The notes: generated by a model not told the origin, from the letters alone. A stretch of 64,000 nt of DNA from Candidatus Poribacteria bacterium (GCA_965205075.1 OZ242036.1:1897318-1961317), one strand, 5' to 3'; counted from the first letter of the stretch, positions 1-11,131 are shown. Numbers and translations: made by a program.

Positions 1-324
1 GGAGCACGGGTTAGGATTGAGTGTACACCGCCTAGTCACTTTCAAGGCTGGGCAAATGTAATCCACGGCGGAATCTTGAGTACCCTCCTTGATGAAGCAA
101 TTACCTATGTAGGTATTGCCAGCTTTGATGGTCCGGCGGTAACAGCGCAGCTTGAGATCCGATTCAAGAAACCAGCGATGGCAGGCGATAAATTAATTGT
201 TATAGCCAATCGAGTTAAAATGGGCAAGCGTCTCATTGAGGTTGAGGCGCACATTGATTCAGAAAATGGCGAACGAATTGTCGAAGGCAACGGAAAGGTG
301 ATGAAAGTTGCCGGGACCTTTTAA
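1..324 (+). CDS. PaaI/hotdog-fold acyl-CoA thioesterase, 5'-truncated at the window edge
   Basis: The frame is open from nt 1. The translation ...NVIHGGILSTLLDEA... carries the HGG motif typical of PaaI-type thioesterases. Ends at stop 324. Confidence 0.55.
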   Translation, partial: GARVRIECTPPSHFQGWANVIHGGILSTLLDEAITYVGIASFDGPAVTAQLEIRFKKPAMAGDKLIVIANRVKMGKRLIEVEAHIDSENGERIVEGNGKVMKVAGTF

Positions 325-396
325 TAGTCGCTTACCGTGCTGTGATCCTATGCTTGGCAATGTCCTTATCTACTGAAAGTAAAACGACTCCCCTCT

Positions 397-2004
397 TTGA
401 ACGAAACAGAGACTTTACCAAAAAACAAGGAGAAGATACGTCAGCCTCCTAGCCGTATCATATCCACAATGACCCGTCGATACATCGTCCAATTTGATTC
501 AGCCAAATTACCAAGGATTGACACCGATTTCCTAGTGATTGGGACTGGGACTGCCGGGCTGAGTGCAGCGATTGAAGCTAGTGAACACGGTGATGTCCTA
601 CTGATTACTAAGGATGCAACAGAAAACAACAGTCGCCTCGACACACCGGATAGAATTGCTGTCGTCGTGAGCGAAGATGATACCATCGTTTCCCACGTTA
701 AAAAGACGCTAAAAATGGGAAGCGGGCTCTGCAATGAAACAGCAGTCGAGATGATGGTTGAAGAAGGTGTTCAACAGATTTCAGAGTTGATTCAGGATGG
801 AACGCATTGTGGCAAAGGGGAGGAGACGATATTAGTCGATCTCTTAAAAAAACAGGAGAATGTGCGGGTCATCGAACAAGCCTTTGCAATAGACTTTATG
901 ACCCAAGGGGATACGTGCTATGGACTAGTTGCCCTCATTGATGGCGCGCTTCACTGCATTTTTGCCAAAGCTACTATTCTCGCTACAGGTGGACTTGGCC
1001 ATATCTATCAATGCACGTCGAACCCGGTGATTGGAACAGCTGATGGTTTTGCGGCAGCGTGGCGAGCAGGCTGTGACATGATGGACATGGAGTTCCTCCA
1101 ATTTCATCCGACAATTTTGTTCCTGATGGAGGCACCGCACTTCTTGGTTAGTGAAGAGGTACGCGAGGCAGGTGGCATCTTAATTAATTCGCGTGGGGAA
1201 CGGTTCATGGAAAAATACCACGAAATGGAGGAACTGGCTCCGTGCGATGTTGTAGGTCTTGCAATTCTGAACGAAATGGAATTGACTGGAAGCCCATGTG
1301 TTTATCTAGACATAACCCATCTGTCATCTGATTTCATACGAGACCGCTTTTCAAGTCTCTACCAGTTCTGCCACCAGTTTGGGATTGAGATTACAACCGA
1401 TGTTATTCCCGTCAGATCCGGTGCCCATTTTATGATAGGCGGTGTTCGCACGAATCTCACCGCAGAGACAACCCGCCGCGGTCTTTATGCCTGTGGGGAG
1501 GTCGCCTGTACTGGTGTTCACGGCGCAAGTCCATTGGCAAACAACTCTTTACTCGAGTGCGTTGTGTTTGGTGCACGCGCTGGGAAAGCGGCTGTCGAAT
1601 ATGCGCGGACGGTTCAATCAGACAGCTATGCGAACCTCCGTATCTCCTCTGACGATGACTTTGTTCCCTCTCAAACAGTGTCTCCAAACCTTGAGATTGA
1701 AGCCGCACAGAAAGTGGTGCAAGAAATGATGTGGAAACACGTTGGATTTGTTAGGCACGGTGAAGATTTAGAGGCGATATTGGATGAATTGAATATGCTA
1801 AACCTTAATTGCAATTGGCACAATGTCGGCGCGTTTCAGCTTCAGAATATGCGGGACGTTGCAGCGTTGATCACGGAAGCAGCAATGCTACGCACCGATA
1901 GTCGTGGCACGCACTATCGGGAAGATTTTCCTGAACAAGACGATGTTAATTGGAAAAAGAATATTATTCTTCAACGGGGAAAAACGGCGAGAATTGTGGG
2001 GTAA
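397..2004 (+). CDS. nadB: L-aspartate oxidase (FAD-dependent, NadB-like)
   Basis: N-terminal FAD dinucleotide-binding fold DFLVIGTGTAGLSAA. Internal HPTILF...ELAPCDVV and C-terminal HGASPLANNSLLECVVFG match NadB and succinate-dehydrogenase flavoprotein motifs. About 535 aa. The start could instead be the Met at 469. Confidence 0.7.
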   Translation: MNETETLPKNKEKIRQPPSRIISTMTRRYIVQFDSAKLPRIDTDFLVIGTGTAGLSAAIEASEHGDVLLITKDATENNSRLDTPDRIAVVVSEDDTIVSHVKKTLKMGSGLCNETAVEMMVEEGVQQISELIQDGTHCGKGEETILVDLLKKQENVRVIEQAFAIDFMTQGDTCYGLVALIDGALHCIFAKATILATGGLGHIYQCTSNPVIGTADGFAAAWRAGCDMMDMEFLQFHPTILFLMEAPHFLVSEEVREAGGILINSRGERFMEKYHEMEELAPCDVVGLAILNEMELTGSPCVYLDITHLSSDFIRDRFSSLYQFCHQFGIEITTDVIPVRSGAHFMIGGVRTNLTAETTRRGLYACGEVACTGVHGASPLANNSLLECVVFGARAGKAAVEYARTVQSDSYANLRISSDDDFVPSQTVSPNLEIEAAQKVVQEMMWKHVGFVRHGEDLEAILDELNMLNLNCNWHNVGAFQLQNMRDVAALITEAAMLRTDSRGTHYREDFPEQDDVNWKKNIILQRGKTARIVG

Positions 2005-2091
2005 CACGCCTAGGTAGGTGATTATTGCCTTCCAAGCCCCAAGAAGCTATTAGCTTGCCCCCAAAAATTACCTCAGAGGAGAAATATAGCG

Positions 2092-3663
2092 ATGCAGAAG
2101 CCCCGACTAATTTATTATAATGACGCCCATCATTTCAACGCAAAGCGGATAGAGCCCCCGGCTTCCATCCATAAGCTCCAATGGCCCGTTGATGAGGTTC
2201 TTGGCACCGGTGTAGATCTCTTGGTGTTGGGGCTCGGATATGCTGATGTATATTTCCATAATAGCAAGGTGGGGCGTGTTGTGGGACAAATGAAAGAGGT
2301 TTGGGAAAATTACATCGACTGGCGAATTATGCGGATGGTAGAGGAAGCCCAAAAGATGGGCACCGACCAAGTACGCGAAGTCATCAAACGAGGTCGTGAA
2401 ATGGGACTGGCCGTATTCCCTTCACTGAAGTTACAAGCAAGCTCGCCGCCGGGCAGCGAGCGATGCGGTTTGCTGAAATGGAACCATGGTGCTGAAGTAT
2501 GTATAGGAGAAGAAGGAAGAGCGGAATGGTGTTATGACTTTGCCCATGAATTAGTGCGACAGGAAAAACTTGCTGTGCTCAGGGAAATTTTGGAGGACTA
2601 CGAAGCGGATGGGATAGAGTTAGACTTCATGTTTGACTCCTATTATTTCAAGCAGGCCGAGATAGAGAAAAACATCCCGTTGATGAATCACTTCGTCGCT
2701 GAGATTCGGGAGATGGCAAATGCTATTGGAAGTGAACAAGCAAGAGAAATTCCCATTATGGCGCGCGTTGATCTTGAGAGAGAGAAAAATCTGTCAATGG
2801 GATTGGATGTGGAAACATGGCTCAAGGAAGGTAGTATCGATTACGTCGTCGGGCAAGATCCGTATGTATTGACCGAGTCGCAGCCAAAACCTCGTTGGAT
2901 GCCCGATGCTGCTAATGCAGCGGGTGCTGCAGCCTACTACCGTCCACCCCGGCGCGTCTATGATGAGCGGGTCGGGCTGCCGAGTATTGAAATGTACAAC
3001 GCATTAGCACAGACACTTCGCTGGGATGGCTGGGCTGGCATGTATGACGGCTACCTATGTTGGCCCTTCAGCGAAAGGGAATACCAGATTCTGCGAGAGG
3101 TGGCTTATCCTGAAGTCCATGCGCGGACTGATAAGCGTTATCTACTCCAACCGCGAGAGGGAGAGCTGGACAAACCGACAACTACACCGGAGCGTCAACT
3201 CCCATTGGAAATTAAGGAGGGGGAAACCGCTGCTGTCAATATCTGGGTTGCCGATGACATCGAAAGTGCCAAGAAAGATGGAGAGGTGCGCAAGCCTATC
3301 CTCACCCTGCGTTTCTCCTTCTTTTGTATTGAGGATGATATTGAATTCCGCTTTAATGGCAGGGTACTGCCTTGGGAAGACGCAGAGATTACTGACGAGC
3401 GTGCCTTGACTATCCCGGTAAGACTCGCGGGTTCAATGCAGATCCAAGCACCACTTGGTATGTCCGCCCACTGGTTTCGGTACAAGCTGGAACTGGATGA
3501 CATCAAAAGGGGAGAGAATACCGTTGAAATTGTAACGAAGCATTTAACAAAGACAGCAGGTTTTACCCGCAGTCTCAACGGTGTCGAGATACAAACACGT
3601 TACAAGGATTTTCTCCGCCCGGAAGGATTGGAATTAGAACGGATTGCACCACCGAGCGGGTAG
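2092..3663 (+). CDS. Hypothetical cytoplasmic protein, possibly a glycoside-hydrolase-like TIM barrel
   Basis: 523-aa ORF with no signal peptide. Only weak resemblance to GH-like TIM-barrel families, so the family is not confidently recognised. Confidence 0.45.
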   Translation: MQKPRLIYYNDAHHFNAKRIEPPASIHKLQWPVDEVLGTGVDLLVLGLGYADVYFHNSKVGRVVGQMKEVWENYIDWRIMRMVEEAQKMGTDQVREVIKRGREMGLAVFPSLKLQASSPPGSERCGLLKWNHGAEVCIGEEGRAEWCYDFAHELVRQEKLAVLREILEDYEADGIELDFMFDSYYFKQAEIEKNIPLMNHFVAEIREMANAIGSEQAREIPIMARVDLEREKNLSMGLDVETWLKEGSIDYVVGQDPYVLTESQPKPRWMPDAANAAGAAAYYRPPRRVYDERVGLPSIEMYNALAQTLRWDGWAGMYDGYLCWPFSEREYQILREVAYPEVHARTDKRYLLQPREGELDKPTTTPERQLPLEIKEGETAAVNIWVADDIESAKKDGEVRKPILTLRFSFFCIEDDIEFRFNGRVLPWEDAEITDERALTIPVRLAGSMQIQAPLGMSAHWFRYKLELDDIKRGENTVEIVTKHLTKTAGFTRSLNGVEIQTRYKDFLRPEGLELERIAPPSG

Positions 3664-3850
3664 CACCAAAAACTATTATCTTTTTAACCTGCTATGACAC
3701 TATGACGCACCGATAAAAGCGCTGAATATCAACCTAAGTCGAAAACTCAATTGAAGAGATTCAATCGGTAGGCACAAAAAACCTTGCATTTCAGCAGGGG
3801 CATATGATATGTTAAATAGGTTGCACTACAGAAGAGAGGAGGTGGTTCAG

Positions 3851-4084
3851 TTGGCTCGAGTTTGCCATGTTTGTGGAAAAAAACCGATGGCTGGCAATAA
3901 AATTGCCCGAACCCGTGGGCAGATTAGTAAGCGTTCAAAACATAGACAACTACCAAACCTACAACGGGTCCGCATTCAAACGGAAAGCGGGAGTGAACGC
4001 GTCCGTGTGTGCGTACGATGTCTCCGTACTGGGAAAGTTATAAAATCGATTTCTGGTGGGGCGCAGGTTGCCTACGGCAATTGA
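3851..4084 (+). CDS. rpmB: 50S ribosomal protein L28
   Basis: ARVCHVCGKKPMAGNKI...HRQLPNLQRVRI matches the L28 family. TTG start at 3851 is preceded by AGAGGAGG. The ORF-track start at 3809 adds a junk N-terminus. Confidence 0.8.
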   Translation: MARVCHVCGKKPMAGNKIARTRGQISKRSKHRQLPNLQRVRIQTESGSERVRVCVRCLRTGKVIKSISGGAQVAYGN

Positions 4085-4126
4085 GAGTATCAGGTGTGGA
4101 TAATTATCGCCAGATTTTGATTCTCT

Positions 4127-6292
4127 TTATAGGCTTCTGCGCTTGTCAGAGGAAAAAGATGTAATACGGGAGACACTTCGCACTCCTTTTAAGTAGCGAA
4201 TCGACTCCATGATAGCTTCTAGCTGTTCAATGCCATTAACTTCTAAAGTGAATTGATCATAGCCAGTTTCCTGATTGACCCTGTGAGAACCGACTGTATC
4301 GATATTAACCTTGTATTGCGCGATTAATGTTGTAATCTCCGCTAACATTCCGGGCCTATTATCACACTCAACAGTGATTGGTGCTGGATAGGTGACATTC
4401 TCTACGGCTGTCCATTCAATATCAAAAATTCGTTCTGGCTCATTGATAATTCGAGGGCAGTCCGCCCTGTGAACGGAAATGCCACGTCCCCGCGTGAGAT
4501 AGCCGATGATTTCGTCTCCGGGAATGGGATGACAACACTTCATTATACGCGCCAGATCTAAATCAATACCTTCCATTTCAATTGATGGTGCGGACTGGGG
4601 CGGACGCGTTGTTTTTTCTTGTTTCTCGGCGATTGGCGGCGGTTCAGGGTTCAATAAGTTGGCAACATGTGTTGCCGACTCCTTGCCATTGCCAATCTGT
4701 CTAAAAAGTTCGTCAATTGGCGGCAGTTGTGCCTTCTTTTTTGATACGAGTTTTTCTGCAATATCAAGAAGGTCTGCCGATTTGATATAGTTTCGCAAAT
4801 TCAGTTGGCGCTGCCGCATCTCAATTTCGAGCAGCCGCTTTCCCAAATCAATCGCCTGTTCCCGGTTTTGTTCATTGAGCCAAGACTGGATTTTATTTCG
4901 TGCCCTCGCTGTTTTAACCCACCTCAGCCAGTCCCGGCTTGGGTGTCCATTCGCCCGAGTCTGAATGTTTACCCGATCCCCATTTTGTAACCTATACTTA
5001 AAGGGAACTATCGCGCCATTCACTTCCGCACCCGAACAGGTCTGGCCGATATCGGTGTGTATCTTGTATGCGAAGTCGATTGGTGTTGACCCTGCTGGCA
5101 AGCTATGGAGATCCCCTTTGGGCGTAAAGACGAATACCTCATCTGGGAACAACTCACCTTTCATAGAACGGATAAACTGAAAGGGATCCTTGAATTCTTG
5201 GATTTCTGCAAGCATTTCTCTGAACCAAGCAAAAATCCTTTCGTTATCAGTTTCCGACGGCATTCCTTCCTTATACCGCCAGTGAGCAGCAATTCCATAT
5301 TCAGCGATTTGGTGCATTTCATGGGTCCGAATCTGAATTTCTACAGGCTGCCCGCGGTCTAAAATTGTTGTGTGCAAAGACCGATAGCCATTCGCCTTCG
5401 GGAGACCGATAAAATCCTTGAATTGCTCGGGAATATGATTCCATTTGTTGTGTAGAATTCCAATCACTGCGTAACAGTCTCCCACACTATTGACCAACAC
5501 ACGAAGTCCGAATAGATCTCGAATCTGCTCAAATGGAACCCCTCTTTGATGAATTTTTTGATAGATACTATAGATATGCTTAGGACGCCCGTAGACCCTC
5601 GCTTTGACCCCCATTAGATCCAACTCCTGTTGGACGACATCGACCATCCACTTCGTATACGCTTCCCGTTCACCTAATTTCGCAGTAAGCAGATCAGCAA
5701 TTTCTCTGTATTCGCTGGCGTACATATATTTGAACGCCAAATCTTCAAGCCTGCTTTTAATCCGTGCAATCCCCAATCGGTGGGCGAGCGGAGCATAAAC
5801 TTCAAAAGTTTGCTTGGCAATGCGTTCCTGCTTATGTGGCGGCAGTGAACCAAGTGTTTGCATATTATGCAGCCGATCTGCCAACTTAATCAGGATGACC
5901 CGTGTATCTTTTGCCGTTGCCAGCAGCAGCCTCAAGTAGTTTTCTGCTGTCCTTTGCTGAATTCCGCCTTTGAACTTATACTTACTGATATTGGTCACAC
6001 CTTCAACCAATTCGGTAATTGTGTCTCCAAACTGATCCACAAGTTCGTCACGGGTGGCTGATGTATCTTCGAGTACGTCATGTAGCAGCCCGGCGCAGAT
6101 GGTATCCGTGTCTAACTTCAATTCAACTAACGTCTTAGCAGTCTCAAGGCAATGGCTAAAATAAGCATCCCCGGATATCCGCTGCTGACCGTGATGATAG
6201 TTTTGGCTAAACTCATAGCTTCTTCGCAAAAGATCGCAATCCGCGTCGGGGTTATATGCTTGAATTTGGCGAACTAGATAGTTGACACTCAT
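4127..6292 (-). CDS. relA: Bifunctional (p)ppGpp synthetase/hydrolase, RelA/SpoT family
   Basis: HD-domain N-terminus (HHGQQRISGDAYFSHCLE...LLHDVLEDT) followed by synthetase, TGS and ACT-like regions. Start ATG at 6292 is preceded by GGGAGAGAG. It overlaps the recJ 3' end by about 41 nt. Confidence 0.85.
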   Translation of the reverse strand: MSVNYLVRQIQAYNPDADCDLLRRSYEFSQNYHHGQQRISGDAYFSHCLETAKTLVELKLDTDTICAGLLHDVLEDTSATRDELVDQFGDTITELVEGVTNISKYKFKGGIQQRTAENYLRLLLATAKDTRVILIKLADRLHNMQTLGSLPPHKQERIAKQTFEVYAPLAHRLGIARIKSRLEDLAFKYMYASEYREIADLLTAKLGEREAYTKWMVDVVQQELDLMGVKARVYGRPKHIYSIYQKIHQRGVPFEQIRDLFGLRVLVNSVGDCYAVIGILHNKWNHIPEQFKDFIGLPKANGYRSLHTTILDRGQPVEIQIRTHEMHQIAEYGIAAHWRYKEGMPSETDNERIFAWFREMLAEIQEFKDPFQFIRSMKGELFPDEVFVFTPKGDLHSLPAGSTPIDFAYKIHTDIGQTCSGAEVNGAIVPFKYRLQNGDRVNIQTRANGHPSRDWLRWVKTARARNKIQSWLNEQNREQAIDLGKRLLEIEMRQRQLNLRNYIKSADLLDIAEKLVSKKKAQLPPIDELFRQIGNGKESATHVANLLNPEPPPIAEKQEKTTRPPQSAPSIEMEGIDLDLARIMKCCHPIPGDEIIGYLTRGRGISVHRADCPRIINEPERIFDIEWTAVENVTYPAPITVECDNRPGMLAEITTLIAQYKVNIDTVGSHRVNQETGYDQFTLEVNGIEQLEAIMESIRYLKGVRSVSRITSFSSDKRRSL

Positions 6293-8840
6293 ACGACACT
6301 CTCTCCCAAATCTGTTTGACATTCTGCCGTAATTGAAATTCCGAAAACCACTGGCTGGTTTGCTTCATCTGCTCACCGTGAAGATAGATTTCGGATTCAT
6401 GGAGTTGACGCTTCTTCGATGGTGGTGGCAAGAGCTTAATTTCTTGTTCTGAAAAGTTTGGATATTGCTCTAGAAGCTGCAATTCTTCAAGGATTGAAAG
6501 ACCATTTTTAACAGCAATCTCCGGGATTGAATCGGTTTGTGCACCCGCTGAGATCGCTTCAAATGTGAGCCGGTTTCCATTGTCCTGACGGAGTGATTGT
6601 AAGCATTTATACAACTTTCGTAGAACTTGGTCATCTGGATATTCCCAAGAAATACATTTCCGCATCCATTCTATATCCTTGGACTGATAAATAAGGTGGA
6701 TATATGTCGTCTCAGGATGTTTGAATGCCGGCTGACATCGATTAAAGAAAGTTAGGTGTTCCGGGGTTGGGTGGCAAAAAACTATGTGGGTGATAGAAGG
6801 CAGATCGGTTAACGCGCAAGCTGAAGCGATTGCAAGTAATTCTCCTCGCGCCAATTTGTCTGTGACTTGCACTGTGTCGGATTCAGACATACTGGCTTCG
6901 CACCGCCCAATCTTGTCCGTTGAACCAAGGATCTCAAAGAGTTGGTCCAACGCTTTTTCGTCCCGTACATACAGCAGTGTCGGTTCTTCCTGTGCGAGGA
7001 GCTTACACAGGTAATCCTGTTTGTTATCCAGAACTCTGTGGTCAACAATTTTAACAGGGCTTTTTTCCTCCTCTGTGGGAAACATCCTCCCAAGGGTGCT
7101 TCGTTCAAGTGTGTGGATGTGCAAATCTTCAATTTTTAGTTGCACACGACGGGTATTATTCCACTCATTAATTTCCGGACCAAAAGCTAAGTCTAATCGA
7201 ATGTTCTTATTCGTCAACGCGATGAAATAATCCGCCATCCCCCACCCAACGGCTTCAAGCGTTTGTTCTCCATCCGTCACGAATAGTTTGAGATGGTTCT
7301 TCTCCTTACCCATCACGGTTGGTGGTTTCTGGAGGCGTAGATTGCGCAGTGCGAGGTGTGGCGGTGAATTCTGCTCGCCAAAGGGTTCAAGCAGCTGCAA
7401 GTCTTCTATGGCTTGCAGCGTCAAGTAAGAAGATTGGACTTCAAGATCCAATTTTAGCTTCGGTTTCAGATCTTCATCAGAAAGGTGCTCACACGCATAT
7501 TGATCAAATCGGGCAGCAAACTCATCAATGTTCTCCGTTTTGATTGTTAGCCCTGCCGCCGCTTGATGTCCACCATGTTTGACTAACAAATCACTACATG
7601 CATTTAAGCTGTCAGCGAGATTCATACCCTCAATGCAGCGTCCCGAACCGTGTGCTTCGTCACCCTTAACTGCCAATACAAACACCGGGCGGTAATACCG
7701 CTCAAGCAGCTGCGAAGCGACAATCCCCACGACTCCCTGATGCCAATCTTCACTAGTTTTATTGTAAACAACCAATCCCGTCTTTTCTATATGATCTCGA
7801 TTTTTTTCAATCGTAGAGGCCGCCTGCTCCCGAATTTTGTTCTGTACTTCCCGTCGTTTTAGGTTATAGTCATCGAGTTCTTTAGCAATTGGTATTATCT
7901 CATCATAAGATTCACTCGTCAGCAATTTGACCACTTTGTCCGCCGTCTTCATCCGTCCCGCGGCGTTGATTCGAGGTCCTAAGACAAACCCCACTGTATA
8001 GCCAACAATCAACTTGTTATCGCTATAGTTTGCGACATCACAGAGTGCTTTTATCCCCGGTCGTTCCCGCTTATTGAGTTCAACTAAACCAAGGCACGAG
8101 AGGGATCGATTTTCCCCCGTTAGCGGCGCCATGTCTGCAACCGTGCCAAGCGCGACCAAATCTAGTTGAGATTGCAGAAAAGGGGCTAAATCCCCACCTC
8201 CCATTAATCCGTGTGCTAACTTGAATGCTAACCCGACTCCCGCCAGTCCGTCGAAGGGGTATTCACTGTCCGGCATCTTGGGCGTGATTACTCCAATTGC
8301 TGGCGGAAGCCCATCGGGCGGCGGTTGATGGTGGTCGGTGATGATGACATCCATGCCGAGTGTGTTGGCAAACTCAACCTCCTCAATCGCTGTAATCCCA
8401 CAGTCAACGGTAATTAACAGGTCACAGCCCTGCTTCTTCAACGCCCCAATAGCTTCTTTGTTGAGGCCATATCCTTCTTCAAAACGGTTGGGAATATAGG
8501 GCTGCACTGGATAGTCAAGGTGTCGGAAAGTGTTTATCAGCAACGAAGCTGCTGTCGTGCCATCTACGTCATAGTCACCGAAGATCCAGATCAGTTCGCC
8601 ACGCTTCATTGCTAACCGGATGCGCTCAACTACCTGCTCCATCCCGTGTAGTAGAAAGGGGGAATGCAGTTGAGCTAGCGTTGGATACAAATACGCACGC
8701 GCTGCGTCTTCCGTTTCAATTCCCCGATTGATAAGAAGCTGCGCCACTAATTGTGAAATCCCAAGTCTCACTGCCAACCGGGAACTTTTATCAATGTCAG
8801 GTGTCCTAGGTTCCCAGATTTTTTGTTGCTGTCTATTCAT
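6252..8840 (-). CDS. recJ: Single-stranded-DNA-specific exonuclease RecJ with a ~280-aa C-terminal extension
   Basis: DHH motifs (IFGDYDVDGTTAA, ITDHH), a DHHA1 region and an OB-like region. An additional C-terminal ~280 aa has unknown function. Confidence 0.8.
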   Translation of the reverse strand: MNRQQQKIWEPRTPDIDKSSRLAVRLGISQLVAQLLINRGIETEDAARAYLYPTLAQLHSPFLLHGMEQVVERIRLAMKRGELIWIFGDYDVDGTTAASLLINTFRHLDYPVQPYIPNRFEEGYGLNKEAIGALKKQGCDLLITVDCGITAIEEVEFANTLGMDVIITDHHQPPPDGLPPAIGVITPKMPDSEYPFDGLAGVGLAFKLAHGLMGGGDLAPFLQSQLDLVALGTVADMAPLTGENRSLSCLGLVELNKRERPGIKALCDVANYSDNKLIVGYTVGFVLGPRINAAGRMKTADKVVKLLTSESYDEIIPIAKELDDYNLKRREVQNKIREQAASTIEKNRDHIEKTGLVVYNKTSEDWHQGVVGIVASQLLERYYRPVFVLAVKGDEAHGSGRCIEGMNLADSLNACSDLLVKHGGHQAAAGLTIKTENIDEFAARFDQYACEHLSDEDLKPKLKLDLEVQSSYLTLQAIEDLQLLEPFGEQNSPPHLALRNLRLQKPPTVMGKEKNHLKLFVTDGEQTLEAVGWGMADYFIALTNKNIRLDLAFGPEINEWNNTRRVQLKIEDLHIHTLERSTLGRMFPTEEEKSPVKIVDHRVLDNKQDYLCKLLAQEEPTLLYVRDEKALDQLFEILGSTDKIGRCEASMSESDTVQVTDKLARGELLAIASACALTDLPSITHIVFCHPTPEHLTFFNRCQPAFKHPETTYIHLIYQSKDIEWMRKCISWEYPDDQVLRKLYKCLQSLRQDNGNRLTFEAISAGAQTDSIPEIAVKNGLSILEELQLLEQYPNFSEQEIKLLPPPSKKRQLHESEIYLHGEQMKQTSQWFSEFQLRQNVKQIWERVSYECQLSSSPNSSI

Positions 8841-9178
8841 GGTAGGTTCTGTTGAAATGTGACAGATTCAACTAATATCCGTTCCGAGAGTCATCGATTT
8901 GATGCCCGTTGAGGCGATTTCAGGCAACCATGGATTGGAGCGTTTGCCAAATTGCATAGCAGAGTGTCAACACACCCTAGTTATGTTATCATGAATCCAG
9001 CTTCTGGTCAAGAGAAGATTGATGCTCAAAATCGACAAGAAAACATACCCCCCTTGGCAAGAATAACCCAAGTTGCCAGCTAATTCATCGAATCTTTGAA
9101 GGGCGATTGCGCTAGCCAACCCAGTTCGCAAAATCCAATACGCCGCACCAAGCGACAATTCCAGCCTTTTTGAATCTA

Positions 9179-11131
9179 TCACACCCAAAATCCGTAGGTT
9201 GACATCTTCGCCATAATGCCAAAGATTGTCCAGAGACTACCAACGGTAAACTCACCCAGAATAAGCCCCAGGAAGAACGGAGCAACGCGACGATGCAGCC
9301 CGATTCCACCATGTCGCAATAACAGCCATTTGATAAGCCAACTTACAAAAAGGCAACTCCATGTCACCCGCATTCCCCAACTCGTCGAGATAGCAAAACC
9401 CGCAGGGTGGAAGGGCCACCATACAAACCGCATGCGGAAAAGCATCAAGAAACTAGCGATGATAAAACCGCATGCCATAAAGCCACTCTCAACGATTAAT
9501 GTGTCTGTCGGCGTACTCAACCAACGGTCAAGCCGTCGATACGGTTCAAGACCAAATGCACTTAACGAGGGCCAGTAGGCACGCCTCTCCATCCCCAGCT
9601 GATAGCCACGATCAATCAGCGCCCAAAACCCGGAAAGTGAGCCGAGAAATGCCGCGAGCATCAGTGCAAGCATGAGATGCCGCAGATTCATGCGGGTCCG
9701 CTCTGCCATTTTGAACCCCTCTAGTTGATGCGGCATTGGGTGGCTGCGGTAGGCGCGATTGATGAACCAAAACATGGAGAACATCACCAGATTCCCGCGT
9801 CCCAGCTTTCGGGTGCCAATTGTTCGTGTGAGGATTTCGTCCGGACCGGAATAGTGCAAATCATGGACGGGCGTTCCTAACTCTGCTCGCATACGGGTTA
9901 TGGCGATGGAAATAGCATAATAGAGGAGGAAGAAGCCTATAGTGATCCCCACTGTTGCCCCACCCCGATAGCAAAAGAAGATAAAGAACACCATTACACC
10001 AATAAGCCCTAACACCGCTGTGTGATACTTCATCGGTTCAACTGAATCGTCGAGATCTTCCGCTCCACCAAATACTTTTCTGGCGATCATTATCAGGTGC
10101 CTTCTGCTCGCCCAAAGTGCGATGACAGCAAGTGCGATGTAGCCCCCCGATGCCTGTTCTCTCATGTAAGGAAAGTTCGGTAGACTTTGTAACCCCATTG
10201 CGGCGCCGGCAACGCGCATCAATCGCCAAAACCAGAAGAAAAACCAGCATGAGAACGATAGGTCAAGCGGAATGAAAAATCCGAGTCCAATGGCAAACGG
10301 GTAAAAGGAGAGCGGAATTCGACCCATAGCGTTCCACGGATCATCGGTGAAAAGGTGAAAACTCTGAATCCGTGTCCGAAGCTCTGGCACAACAGGGAAA
10401 ATGAAGTGTAGCCCGTTCAGCAGTGCTAGCGCGGCTGCGATGGCGAATCCGAGCCACATCACCCGATTCCGAAAGAACGTCTGCCGTTGTGTCTCTGTCA
10501 TCTGGAGTGGGAGTTGAATAATCGGGTAGCTGAGTTTTTCATGCTCAATCCACTGTTTGCGGATAATGACGTTGATGCAAAACATCCCGAAGACAAGCAT
10601 AAAAATAAACGTGGTCCACCAGAGGACGGGTGATGCCCAACCGATTAGCTGTTCAGGTGTATAGAGGTTCACCTCACCCTCGTAATACCCACGAGCAACT
10701 TTGCTATCGCTGACAGTTAGCCACTCCGGCAGGTAGGGCAGAAATAGCTCGCGCCATTCGTTTTCTGGTGTGGCAAAACGGAAGGCGTGCCCCAACATCG
10801 GCACAAGGATTTCGAGCATGTCGTGTCCGGTGATGCCCGATGCGATGGAGAGCATCAGGTAGATAATGATAAGTTCTGCCTGATTCAGCGCAGAACGGGG
10901 CGAAAACCACCTGAATAACTGGTTGACACCGATAACTACAAAAAGGCTGAAAATGACATTGAAGAAGAGGGAGATAGTCACCGGATGACCGGAGTACCGG
11001 ATGACCTCCATCTCAATGACCCAGTAGCAGTTAATTGGGATGAGTAGGCAGGCGATAAGGAGAGATTTGGCCGTAACGCCTTCAATTGGTTGCTGCTCTA
11101 TTTTAGAGAGGGATGGATCTGTTGTCGCCAT
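9179..11131 (-). CDS. Large polytopic integral membrane protein (more than 12 predicted TM segments), function unknown
   Basis: 650-aa ORF dominated by hydrophobic helices. It lies directly downstream of the OMP gene on the same strand. Confidence 0.6.
   Translation of the reverse strand: MATTDPSLSKIEQQPIEGVTAKSLLIACLLIPINCYWVIEMEVIRYSGHPVTISLFFNVIFSLFVVIGVNQLFRWFSPRSALNQAELIIIYLMLSIASGITGHDMLEILVPMLGHAFRFATPENEWRELFLPYLPEWLTVSDSKVARGYYEGEVNLYTPEQLIGWASPVLWWTTFIFMLVFGMFCINVIIRKQWIEHEKLSYPIIQLPLQMTETQRQTFFRNRVMWLGFAIAAALALLNGLHFIFPVVPELRTRIQSFHLFTDDPWNAMGRIPLSFYPFAIGLGFFIPLDLSFSCWFFFWFWRLMRVAGAAMGLQSLPNFPYMREQASGGYIALAVIALWASRRHLIMIARKVFGGAEDLDDSVEPMKYHTAVLGLIGVMVFFIFFCYRGGATVGITIGFFLLYYAISIAITRMRAELGTPVHDLHYSGPDEILTRTIGTRKLGRGNLVMFSMFWFINRAYRSHPMPHQLEGFKMAERTRMNLRHLMLALMLAAFLGSLSGFWALIDRGYQLGMERRAYWPSLSAFGLEPYRRLDRWLSTPTDTLIVESGFMACGFIIASFLMLFRMRFVWWPFHPAGFAISTSWGMRVTWSCLFVSWLIKWLLLRHGGIGLHRRVAPFFLGLILGEFTVGSLWTIFGIMAKMSTYGFWV

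Noticed and set aside
3026-3578. 127-aa ORFs on both strands inside the 2092-3663 gene
   Set aside because: Alternative-frame or antisense ORFs nested in a longer coherent ORF, with no independent signals.
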